This document shows, piece by piece, positions 50,870-59,984 of a stretch of DNA of 64,000 nt. The DNA lies in NCBI GenBank assembly GCA_040904685.1, contig JBBDSZ010000051.1:37695-101694 (forward strand). The letters run 5' to 3'. Below the pieces are notes generated by a model. It was given only the letters and a program-made list of their open reading frames with translations. It did not search any database and was not told the DNA's origin. Made by a program: the position numbers and the translations under genes. Source of the DNA: Paenibacillaceae bacterium. GTDB taxonomy: Bacteria > Bacillota > Bacilli > Paenibacillales > NBRC-103111. Within the stretch, counting starts at the first letter, position 1. Every line of letters begins with the position of its first letter.

Positions 50870-51805
50870 ATGTATAAAACAATTATTGTAGGTACTGGAC
50901 CTGCTGGTCTAACTTCTGCTATTTATCTCGCCCGCGCAAACTTAAATCCCTTGGTTATTGAAGGCAATCAACCTGGAGGACAGCTGACCACCACGACTGA
51001 GGTTGAAAATTTCCCAGGATTCCCAGATGGCATTCTAGGCTCGGAGTTAATGTATAACATGCGGATGCAGGCGCAACGCTTTGGAGCTGAATTTATGACC
51101 GGTTGGGTGAATAACGTCGATTTCTCCAAGCGTCCTTTCAAAGTAAACGTGGAAGGCTTTGGCGAAATTGAAGCTGAATCCATCATCATATCCACCGGTG
51201 CATCGGCTAAATTACTAGGTATTCCAGGCGAAAAAGACAATATCGGCAAAGGAGTAAGCACTTGCGCTACCTGTGATGGATTCTTCTTCCGCGGCAAAAA
51301 AATCATCGTTGTCGGTGGTGGGGATTCCGCGATGGAGGAAGCTAATTTCTTGACACGCTTCGCTACAGAGGTTCGCATTGTACATCGGCGGAGCGATCTC
51401 CGTGCTTCCCAAATCATGCAGGACCGTGCAAGGCAGAATCCGAAAATCGTCTGGAGCTTAAACGAAGCCCCTATTGAAGTTATTGCTGGGGAAAAAGGCG
51501 TTACTGGCCTAAAAGTACGTAATCAATCTACTGGTGTAGAAGAAGTTTACGAAACGGATGGGATATTCGTCGCAGTTGGGCATCATCCGAATACAAGCTT
51601 CTTGGGAGGTCAGTTAAAGACGGATGATCAAGGCTATTTGCTTGTAAATCCAGGCACAGCAAATACGAATATTCCCGGTATTTTCGCCTGTGGTGACGTT
51701 CAGGATCATAAATATCGTCAAGCGATTACTTCCGCAGGTAGTGGTTGCATGGCTGCATTGGATTGTGAAAGATTTATTGAAGAACATTCGCTTGTTCATG
51801 CCTAA
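50870..51805 (+). CDS. trxB: Thioredoxin-disulfide reductase
   Basis: GTGPAG, CATCDG, GGGDSA and YRQAITSAG motifs. Confidence 0.96.
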   Translation: MYKTIIVGTGPAGLTSAIYLARANLNPLVIEGNQPGGQLTTTTEVENFPGFPDGILGSELMYNMRMQAQRFGAEFMTGWVNNVDFSKRPFKVNVEGFGEIEAESIIISTGASAKLLGIPGEKDNIGKGVSTCATCDGFFFRGKKIIVVGGGDSAMEEANFLTRFATEVRIVHRRSDLRASQIMQDRARQNPKIVWSLNEAPIEVIAGEKGVTGLKVRNQSTGVEEVYETDGIFVAVGHHPNTSFLGGQLKTDDQGYLLVNPGTANTNIPGIFACGDVQDHKYRQAITSAGSGCMAALDCERFIEEHSLVHA

Positions 51806-51956
51806 TATTAAAGTTATATAATATCCTCAAGGTAAATTCGACTAAAAAGGATAAGCTCTAAAACTGTTTTGTCGGCTTACAGAATCCACACAGCTCAGAA
51901 AGCAACCTAAAAAGAAGCCTGAATCCTCGCGAACGATTTCAAGCTTCTTTTTAAAT

Positions 51957-52394
51957 TTATAGCGTTTTCTGCATCCGTACGTGCATAATTCCGGCTTCCT
52001 CGAATGGCTGCTCTGAGATGGTTACATAGCCTAATTTGTGATAAAAAGCTTCTGCTTGACATTGCCCATCCAAAATACAGAATAGATAGCCAGCATCAGA
52101 CGCTTGCTTCTCAAGCGCTTGAATTAAGCTTTTTCCAAGGCCGCTCCCCCGATTTGACTTCAATACTGCCAAGCGTTGCAATTTAGCTGTATCTTCATTA
52201 TAAGCACGCCAACGTCCCGTTCCTACTGGCTTCCCCTCAGAAAGCACTAAAGTATGCGCACATGCATCCGGAGTTATATCATACTCATCGATCTCAATAT
52301 CTGCAGGCACCCCTTGTTCCTCCACAAATACTTCTTTACGAATTATAAAGCATTGATTAAGCTCTTCCATTGAACGAACTCTGATGATTTTCAT
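51957..52394 (-). CDS. GNAT N-acetyltransferase (YjcF/ElaA-like)
   Basis: IRKEVFVEEQ, RGSGLG, FYHKLGY and EAGIMH motifs. Confidence 0.9.
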   Translation of the reverse strand: MKIIRVRSMEELNQCFIIRKEVFVEEQGVPADIEIDEYDITPDACAHTLVLSEGKPVGTGRWRAYNEDTAKLQRLAVLKSNRGSGLGKSLIQALEKQASDAGYLFCILDGQCQAEAFYHKLGYVTISEQPFEEAGIMHVRMQKTL

Positions 52395-52480
52395 ACTGAC
52401 ACTTCTTCCTCTTCAAGATGAAATCTATCATACCTTAGCTCGAAGTATTTTACAAAAATAACACTTTACCAAGCATAAAA

Positions 52481-52524
52481 TGAAAGCGTTTTATATTGAC
52501 ATATCTGCTAGAATTTCGTATGAT
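52481..52524 (+). promoter_or_regulatory. SigA promoter with upstream cre-like site
   Basis: TGAAAGCGTTTTAT (52481-52494), then TTGACA-N17-TATGAT. Confidence 0.7.
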
Positions 52525-52530
52525 TTAATT

Positions 52531-52670
52531 ACCAGATAGGCATAGGATTTTCAATAATTAAGCTTGATCGACTTGATGCATGTAACCCTAAGTTGATTGT
52601 GCTTATTTTTTGTCCTCTGCTTAACCTGTGCCGTATCCTTTTTTTACAATAAAAAAGTAAAGGGGATTAA
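52531..52670 (+). ncRNA. Structured 5' leader (attenuator-like) of the KTSC-like gene
   Basis: Inner hairpin 52559-52605 with T-run; outer stem 52535-52546/52625-52637. Confidence 0.5.
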
Positions 52671-52675
52671 ATCAA

Positions 52676-52894
52676 ATGAAAATGATTTCTGTAATATCCA
52701 ACGAAATTACTGCAATTGGCTACAATGATGAGGAAAAATCGATTTATGTGACCGACCGGCTTCTTCAAACCCATGTTTTCGTCAACCGCACCCGAGAGGA
52801 TTTCGACTATTTTAAAAACTCCAAGCAACACGACTATTTCTACCTCCACATTCTGCAGAAGCACCCTCACAAAACTCTAACACACAATCCATGA
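52676..52894 (+). CDS. KTSC-domain-like small protein
   Basis: M..VISNEITAIGYNDEEKSIYV matches the KTSC N-terminal pattern; AAGGGG RBS. Confidence 0.65.
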   Translation: MKMISVISNEITAIGYNDEEKSIYVTDRLLQTHVFVNRTREDFDYFKNSKQHDYFYLHILQKHPHKTLTHNP

Positions 52895-52946
52895 GATAAG
52901 CCTTTATTTTCCGTAAAAGCATCTACGATATACATTTGCATGCTGC

Positions 52947-53759
52947 TCACTCCTCATTCAATCCAGCTTTTTCATTAATATTATAGAATGTTAGTGTGTT
53001 ATGTCTAATCCTTTCGGCTGTTTCTTCAGAATCAAGCCCTTTAATTGCGGCAAGCTTACGAATACTTTCAGTGAGCATACGCGGATGAGTAACCTGTCCG
53101 GAGAATGGGCCTTCGAATGGCCAAGGTCCGTCTGTTTCCACCATCACTTGGGAGATGGGATAAACAGCCGCCAGCTGCTGGATCTCCTCTTCATAAATAA
53201 TATCTGGTGTAAAAGAAATATAATACCCCTTATCTATCATCCGTTTCACTGTCTCGTGACTACCTTTAAACCAATGAAAATGAGCTTGAGTCACCTTGTG
53301 CTTCTCCAATAAGTTACAAACCATATCCGCATCCTCATAAACGGCATGAAGGATAATAGGCTTCCCCAGCTTAGCCGCAAGAGCAACAAAGCGTTCTAAC
53401 AAATCTATATAAGGCTGCAGCTCGAATTGCTCACCCTTCTCCTCAGTCGCTTGCCGATTATAATATGGCAAACCAACTTCACCCACTGCGATCATGGCAG
53501 ATTGATGCAGCATGATCCAAGCAAACAACTCATCCATCTCCTCTGCAGCAGGCAGCACCTGCTCAGGATGGAATCCAAACGCTGGAAGCACTTGAACCGG
53601 ATATTGCCGGTGCAGTTCCAGCGTTGTTTGGCAAGAGCTAAGATTCATAGAAACCGCGACTACATGCTCAATAGCAAAAACCGTCAGCTCATCTAAGATA
53701 AGCTGACGCTCTGTCAATGGGTAAAGCTCTAAATGAATATGAGCATCGATTGTATTCAT
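52947..53759 (-). CDS. TatD-family metallohydrolase
   Basis: DAHIH, GFHP, GEVGL, HFH and ETDGP motifs; start overlaps the stop of the upstream ABC ATPase. Confidence 0.92.
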   Translation of the reverse strand: MNTIDAHIHLELYPLTERQLILDELTVFAIEHVVAVSMNLSSCQTTLELHRQYPVQVLPAFGFHPEQVLPAAEEMDELFAWIMLHQSAMIAVGEVGLPYYNRQATEEKGEQFELQPYIDLLERFVALAAKLGKPIILHAVYEDADMVCNLLEKHKVTQAHFHWFKGSHETVKRMIDKGYYISFTPDIIYEEEIQQLAAVYPISQVMVETDGPWPFEGPFSGQVTHPRMLTESIRKLAAIKGLDSEETAERIRHNTLTFYNINEKAGLNEE

Positions 53760-54508
53760 ATATGCACTCTTTTCATCATGATATAAATTTCTTGCTTTAG
53801 GGTTTGAAACAGAGGATCACTCAACACTTCTTCCTGCCGAGGACGTGAAAAAGGAACCTTAATTTCATGAATAATCGTCGTTGGCTTGTCCGATAGTAGA
53901 TAAATCCGATCCGAAAGAAAAAGCGCTTCTTCGATACTATGTGTCACAAACAAAACCGACCGTTTATTCTGCTCCCAAATCGACAATAACCAACGCTGCA
54001 TATCCATCCGGGTTAAAGCATCTAAAGCAGCAAACGGTTCATCCAGACACATGAATTCTTGCGGACTCAGCAAGGCTCTCAGGAATGCCGCTCTTTGCTG
54101 CATCCCACCGGATAGAACATGCGGATATGCTTTTTCATACCCTGCCAAACCTACTTTCACTAGCCATTCTCTTGCTTGAGCGATAGATTGCTTTGCTGGG
54201 ATTCCAGCAACCTCCTGAGCCAAAACAACATTCTCTTCAATCGTCCGCCACGGAAATAAAGCATGGGTTTGCGGCATATAGCTGATGAGACCTTTTTGAC
54301 CTGTCACTTCCTTGCCTTCCAGCCATACTTCGCCGTGTGAAGGAGCTACTAACCCTCCAATAATGTGGAACAATGTGCTTTTGCCGCAGCCAGACTGTCC
54401 AATAACCGAAACAAATTCACCTTTGTCGACGTGCAGAGAAATATCCGTTAGTACTGTGTCCACTTTGCCATTTTCCATAAAGGTTTGCGATATATTTTTC
54501 AGTTCCAT
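53756..54508 (-). CDS. ABC ATP-binding protein (ThiZ-like)
   Basis: GQSGCGKST, LSGGMQQR and LDEPFAALD motifs. Confidence 0.9.
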   Translation of the reverse strand: MELKNISQTFMENGKVDTVLTDISLHVDKGEFVSVIGQSGCGKSTLFHIIGGLVAPSHGEVWLEGKEVTGQKGLISYMPQTHALFPWRTIEENVVLAQEVAGIPAKQSIAQAREWLVKVGLAGYEKAYPHVLSGGMQQRAAFLRALLSPQEFMCLDEPFAALDALTRMDMQRWLLSIWEQNKRSVLFVTHSIEEALFLSDRIYLLSDKPTTIIHEIKVPFSRPRQEEVLSDPLFQTLKQEIYIMMKRVHI

Positions 54509-55272
54509 TTATGTGACCTCGATTTCCAGCGAATCACTAAGCCTTCGATTAGTACAATGAAATAAAATAAAATTATACTCAACAGCACAATAATAAAAAT
54601 AGAATCAAACACTCGGTCTGTACGAAACCCAGCTTTCTGTTGCTTCATATAATAGCCGATGCCTTTATCCGAGCTCAGCCACTCAGAGATCATCGCACCT
54701 GACACCGCATAAGTGGCAGAAATCTTAAGTCCCGAGAATAAACTAGGTAACGCATGCGGTAACTCTAATTTACGAAAAATTTGCATCCGCGTAGCACCAA
54801 TCATTTTCATATAACTCAGCATCACTTGATCTGTTTGCATAAAGCCATCCAATAACGCAACACAAATCGGAAAAAAACAAACAATCGTAATGACAATAAT
54901 CTTTGGAAGGATCCCAAAACCAAACCAGATCATCAATAAAGGTGCTAGAGCGATCATCGGGATATTCTGCGAAAGCACGAGAATTGGATAAAAACCCTTT
55001 TTAAACCCAGGCAGTAAATGCAACAACCACGAAACCCCAATACCGATCACAATCCCGATCGAAAATCCAATTAGCGTAAGCTTGATCGTCGCCGCAGTGT
55101 GCATCCAAAGACTTTTAAAATTATGAAAGCCTTCCTGCACAATCGCAATCGGATCTGGCAAAATCCAAAACTCAATTTTAAAAATAGTAACTGCCAGCTG
55201 CCAGCCCAGTAGTAGCAGAAAGACCACCGCAATGGGTGGCCAAGCTGCTTTGAACCATTTTGTGTTGATCAT
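54499..55272 (-). CDS. ABC permease (ThiX-like)
   Basis: NitT/TauT-type permease; QNIPMIALAPL motif; in a TPP-riboswitch operon. Confidence 0.88.
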   Translation of the reverse strand: MINTKWFKAAWPPIAVVFLLLLGWQLAVTIFKIEFWILPDPIAIVQEGFHNFKSLWMHTAATIKLTLIGFSIGIVIGIGVSWLLHLLPGFKKGFYPILVLSQNIPMIALAPLLMIWFGFGILPKIIVITIVCFFPICVALLDGFMQTDQVMLSYMKMIGATRMQIFRKLELPHALPSLFSGLKISATYAVSGAMISEWLSSDKGIGYYMKQQKAGFRTDRVFDSIFIIVLLSIILFYFIVLIEGLVIRWKSRSHKWN

Positions 55273-55562
55273 GGGCGATATTTCTCTGTAAGCTTATCCA
55301 TAGATGCGCCTTGCGGGTTAAATAAAATCTTGATCTGCGAAAGAACACTTGGACTGCCGAATTCGATCATCGCATCATTCATCTTTTTGACTATGCTTAG
55401 CAATTGTTCAATGTCACCCTCCATTGTGGTTTCCAAAGAACTGACTTGATACTTGACCCCTGATTCTTGAATGACCTGAATGGCGCGATCCACGTAGGGG
55501 ATGATATCTTCGTTATTTTTCGTTTTCGGCAGGATCTGTATACTTAAAAGTGCATTAGCCAT
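55269..55562 (-). CDS. Thiamine-binding protein (MTH1187/YkoF-like)
   Basis: SIQILP, VDRAIQVI and ETTMEG motifs. Confidence 0.85.
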   Translation of the reverse strand: MANALLSIQILPKTKNNEDIIPYVDRAIQVIQESGVKYQVSSLETTMEGDIEQLLSIVKKMNDAMIEFGSPSVLSQIKILFNPQGASMDKLTEKYRP

Positions 55563-55582
55563 TGATAAAACCTCCAGTTCGA

Positions 55583-56631
55583 TTAAGATTCAGGTATAAA
55601 TTGATTGGTAAATGCAGCGTCTGAATTCAGCGGTTTCTCCAAAAGCTTGTGCTCTGTTAACCAATTTGCGTAATTATCCCAAACTGTTTTCTTCTGCTCA
55701 CCCCAGCGTGGCGCATCTGCTTGATATTGTGGACTCAACCACTTTTGGCTGGCTCTAACGAGATCCTTGTTAATGTCTGGAACAGCCTTGATTAGAATCT
55801 CAGCAGATTCAGTTGGATGATCGATTGCGTATTTATAACCTTTTGAGGTTGCTGATACGAACGCTTTAACAATCTCCGGTTTATCTTTAATCATGGTTTC
55901 ATTCGTAGTCAGTACGGGTGTGTAATAGTCCAATTTTTCATTAAAATCCTTTAAATACAGCATATCCAAAGGTTCTTTGCGCAATTCCGATTCAATCCCC
56001 GTCCATGCATAGAAAATCCACTCAAAGTCAATGTCTGTTTTCACTGCTGTGAAGAAATCCGCATCGCCAACACTAACATTTTTCAGTTTACTATAATCGG
56101 CTTTAGCTTCCTCCATCATCGCTTGCAGCACCGAATTCTCGAATGGAGATCCAAAGCCACCATAGGTTTTGCCTTCATAATCCTTAGGTGTTTTAATGTT
56201 CTTACTTACAGGCGCGGCAAACCCTGAAGTGTTGTGCTGGATAATCGCTGCAATAGAGACGATTGGCACATTCTGTGTTCTAGCTTGGGTAATGCTATCT
56301 TGCCCGCTTATCCCAACGGCACCTTACCCGAAGCCACCATTGTATCGGCTCCACTCTCATTCGGCTGAATGATCTCGACATTCAAGCCTGCTTCTTTGTA
56401 AAAGCCTTGATCTAATGCCGCATAAAGCCCGGTATGGTTCGTATTCGGTGTCCAATCCAGCACAATCTTCACATCGGTGAGCTTAGCGCTCTCTGTTACT
56501 GTCGGCGTCTCTGTTGCTGTCGACGTCTCTGTTGCTGTCCCTGCTTCCTTCTCTGCCTTACTCCCACAAGCTGTTAAAACCAACATCAATACAAATACAA
56601 CAACCAATCCGTACAGACTAACTTTCTTCAT
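55583..56631 (-). pseudogene. ThiY/NMT1-like substrate-binding lipoprotein split by a 1-bp frameshift near 56315 (or sequencing indel)
   Basis: Lipobox LTAC and [11 protein letters not shown] motif; adding one T restores [26 protein letters not shown]. Confidence 0.85.
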
Positions 56632-56730
56632 TCTTCTTCCCCCTTCTTTTTGAAAACAAAAATCGCCCCCTGATCAAGGAGCGAATAAATGAAAGACCAC
56701 AACAATTCGTTGTGGCCCACGTAGGTTAGT

Positions 56731-56825
56731 GTGAATTCCCTCCGCCGGCATTATCCAGATCAGGTTCGGTCGAAAGCGATTTAGCTTTCCTCTCAGCCTA
56801 GTTTCCTAAGCTCCCGTTTGCTTAT
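56731..56825 (-). promoter_or_regulatory. TPP riboswitch
   Basis: GGGAGC...GCTGAGAG...ACCGAACCTGATCTGGATAATGCCGGCGGAGGGA; terminator-like hairpin with T-run near 56655-56685. Confidence 0.95.
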
Positions 56826-57016
56826 TTGGTTTTCATAACAAATATACAGGCAATAGCGACAAAAGTCAATCGATCAATTCAGGTAATGTGCTAAAATAAA
56901 GTTGTCATTTTCATACCAAAAAAGGTCAATGATATTAAATATTTATTTCATGATGGAACGGGTTACACCCACCCAACATATACTATCGCCTAAACCTTAC
57001 AAGGCAGGCGATAACA

Positions 57017-57796
57017 ATGTTAGAAACCATAAACTATAAGCTGGCGCTTCTATTAGTTTGTGCTTGTCATCAAGCCTATAATCAATTTAAAGATCCAGCA
57101 GGGCGCTTTATTATCCCGGGCGGTTATCGCTATGTAACCTCTTTCTCAGGTAAAGCCTATGGTGCTACTTTGGAGACCTTTGGTTATCTTATCGAATCCG
57201 AAGATGCGATTATTATTGCTTTCCGTGGAACCACCTCACATGCGGATACAATTTCGGATCTAATTGCAAGTCAAACCCCTTTTCCATGGTTGGATAACGG
57301 CGGGAACACCCATCTTGGCTTCACCGAAATTTATGCGACAGCTAGAATGCAGATCATCCAAGCCTTAACCAAATGTGATTCGAGCAAAAAGCTAATCATT
57401 ACCGGACATAGTCTGGGCGGAGCATTAGCCACTTTATGCGCACTTGATCTTGCCTATAACACCAAATTCGCACCACCAATCGTGTATACGTATGGAGCAC
57501 CTCGTGTTGGGGATCCCTCCTTTGCCGCAGCCTATAATCAAAAAATCGCCTTCAACCACCGTATTGTGATTGAAAGCGACTTGATTCCGTTAATACCCCC
57601 TCCTCTTTACAAACTACCTTCACAGCCAAAGGTCTACCATTACCTTCATGTAAAGGGCGGGTTCGCGTTGCATTTTCTCACAGATTCTTTATCCAAAAAT
57701 CATGCTCTAATTAATTATTTTACTGTTATTGCTAAATATGAATCCGAATATGCGATCTATCTGTGCAATCAAGTTCCTGCAATCTGTCCGACTTAA
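57017..57796 (+). CDS. Class 3 lipase
   Basis: IAFRGT, GHSLGG and YGAPRVGD motifs. Confidence 0.92.
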   Translation: MLETINYKLALLLVCACHQAYNQFKDPAGRFIIPGGYRYVTSFSGKAYGATLETFGYLIESEDAIIIAFRGTTSHADTISDLIASQTPFPWLDNGGNTHLGFTEIYATARMQIIQALTKCDSSKKLIITGHSLGGALATLCALDLAYNTKFAPPIVYTYGAPRVGDPSFAAAYNQKIAFNHRIVIESDLIPLIPPPLYKLPSQPKVYHYLHVKGGFALHFLTDSLSKNHALINYFTVIAKYESEYAIYLCNQVPAICPT

Positions 57797-57875
57797 TTTA
57801 AACTTAAGCTTCATATCCTACTTAATACATGATACTATTGTATTTATAAACTGTGAACGTCGGGAGGATTATCAT

Positions 57876-58481
57876 ATGAGCTATGCGGAAGCAAACCTAG
57901 TTAAATTATCACTCACAGGAGATCGATCTGCTTTTGGGCAGTTGGTTGAATTATATAAAGGGAAGATCCATCGACTCGCTTATCGCATGTTGAACAATCC
58001 GCATGACTCTGAAGATGTCGTTCAAGAGACGTTCATGCGCGTTTATCTGAATTTAAACCACTATGATGAGAAACAGAAATTTTCCACTTGGATTTATCGG
58101 ATCGGGAAGAATCTTTGTGTGGATTTGTTACGTAAGAAGAAAACGACCTTCTCCCTTGATGCCAAGATTGCCGGTGAGGATGAATTGAATCACTATGGAC
58201 TATTATCCAGTGAAGATAACAATCCAGAATTGGCATTAATGGAAACTGAATTGCAAGAGCAGCTAACACAAGTGATCAGCAAAATGTCGGATAAATATAA
58301 AGCGATTACCACATTGTATTACGTTCATGACTTATCGATCCAAGAAATCAGTGAGAAGCTAAACATGCCGATCACAACAGTCAAAACGAGGCTTTATCGT
58401 GGACGTGAATATTTACAAAAGCGTTGGGGGATGTCATTCTTAATTAGTCTTATGACTTTCTTTAATTATGTTATTTTATAA
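57876..58481 (+). CDS. ECF sigma factor (SigW-like), orphan
   Basis: EDVVQETF, FSTWIYRI and TVKTRLYRGR motifs; GGAGG RBS before ATG 57876. Confidence 0.9.
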   Translation: MSYAEANLVKLSLTGDRSAFGQLVELYKGKIHRLAYRMLNNPHDSEDVVQETFMRVYLNLNHYDEKQKFSTWIYRIGKNLCVDLLRKKKTTFSLDAKIAGEDELNHYGLLSSEDNNPELALMETELQEQLTQVISKMSDKYKAITTLYYVHDLSIQEISEKLNMPITTVKTRLYRGREYLQKRWGMSFLISLMTFFNYVIL

Positions 58482-58663
58482 ATTCAAACCATAGTATTCA
58501 ATCGGCTGCATGGGATTCATCTTCCCTTGCGGCTTTTCCATATTTAGAAGAGGTGTTGTCCTATATACACCTTTTCCACCCTATATTCACCTTATGAACC
58601 TGGATATGGGCCGTATCCTGTGCTTTAGCAGCCTTATATCCCCCAATATTAAAATGCACAAAC

Positions 58664-58712
58664 CAAAAAGGATAGAGTCGCCAGAAATACTTCTGGCACC
58701 CTATCCTTTTTG
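58664..58712. terminator. Long bidirectional-type terminator hairpin
   Basis: caaaaaggatag...gccagaa/ttctggc...ctatcctttttg. Confidence 0.65.
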
Positions 58713-58907
58713 TTAATTATTTGGAGGATACCTTCATCTGGACGTTCATCGCAATCATCAATCAAAGCTAAATTTGTTCATACATGTAGCATTAGATAGC
58801 AATATAAGAACCTTTGTCGAATGGGCTTTTAAGAAAAGGACATTAGCTTTTTTCGTGGAAATTATGAGCATAAAAGAAATAATTCCCACTTAGGAAGGAA
58901 GAAATTT

Positions 58908-59852
58908 ATGAAGAAGAATACGTTATTCATCTGCTTGTCGCTGCTTTTGTTTTTAGTATTTTCTGGTTGTACCGCTGCCCTACCCACGACTGCATCACCA
59001 CAACCTACTGTTGTCCCAAAACCATTACCCTCAACTTTTGTCAAGGAGCCTGTATCCACTGCACCTACTTTTGATATTGAAGGTCTGCATAATGGTGATG
59101 CTATTGATAAAGATAAGCTTAACCTTCAAGTAATTCTCCACAACTTCACTTTGCTGGATCATAATACGGAGCATACATCTGCTGCAAATCAAGGTCATAT
59201 TCATTATTGGCTGGATACCAATCCGACTGATCCCGGTGCTGCTGTCCAAGTGGATAAAGATCCCGAGCATATCCTACTCTCTAGCTTGTACGCTGGTCAG
59301 CATATACTAACCGTCAAGCTTGTCGGAACAGATCATCAGCCGATTACGGAGACCACAACTCAAATCATAACTTTTATGGTGAAGCGACTGAATGTTGCCC
59401 ATATTTCCTCTGCGACTCCTAAGCCAAAAGAGACACCTGCTCCAACTGAAACGTCAATAACGCCAGAAGTGTCAAATACACCACAGTCTACAGCGAAGAG
59501 TACTGAAAATGAAGCGGACGCTAAGAGTGCCACCCTAGCCATTGTTGGCATTCACAATGGAGATGTTATTTCAACCGAAGATTTGAAATTCGCAATTTAT
59601 CTAAAAAATTTACATTTAGTTAACTATAACGAACATACCGAAGCCAAAGCAGGCGAAGGACATGTTCACATCTGGTTAGATACCACCTCAACCGAACCGA
59701 AGGCAGCTATGAAGGTTTATAATGATCCTAAGCATATTGTGATTAAACATATTGCCGAAGGTGAGCATACAATCATTGTAGGCTTAGTCAGTAATGACCA
59801 CCAAACGATTATTGGCGCACGCCAAGCAATTACATTTAGCGTGAAGCGTTAA
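58908..59852 (+). CDS. Lipoprotein with two tandem His-motif beta domains (DUF4399/DUF6130-like)
   Basis: Lipobox FSGC; repeated GHIHYWLD/GHVHIWLD, GQH/GEH and TDH/NDH motifs. Confidence 0.75.
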   Translation: MKKNTLFICLSLLLFLVFSGCTAALPTTASPQPTVVPKPLPSTFVKEPVSTAPTFDIEGLHNGDAIDKDKLNLQVILHNFTLLDHNTEHTSAANQGHIHYWLDTNPTDPGAAVQVDKDPEHILLSSLYAGQHILTVKLVGTDHQPITETTTQIITFMVKRLNVAHISSATPKPKETPAPTETSITPEVSNTPQSTAKSTENEADAKSATLAIVGIHNGDVISTEDLKFAIYLKNLHLVNYNEHTEAKAGEGHVHIWLDTTSTEPKAAMKVYNDPKHIVIKHIAEGEHTIIVGLVSNDHQTIIGARQAITFSVKR

Positions 59853-59984
59853 GAGGTACGCCTATCTCGATAGTCATTCGTTAAGTATGCTAACATTATA
59901 CTCAAAAAAACTATTTGCACTAGAGTCAACTTTTTGACACAATATAATTACTAAACAAGTACTATTTTCTAAGGAGATACTTAA

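Noticed and set aside
52947-53759. TatD as part of an anti-phage (Qat-like) system
   Set aside because: No ATPase or QueC partners; the context is a thiamine-regulated transporter
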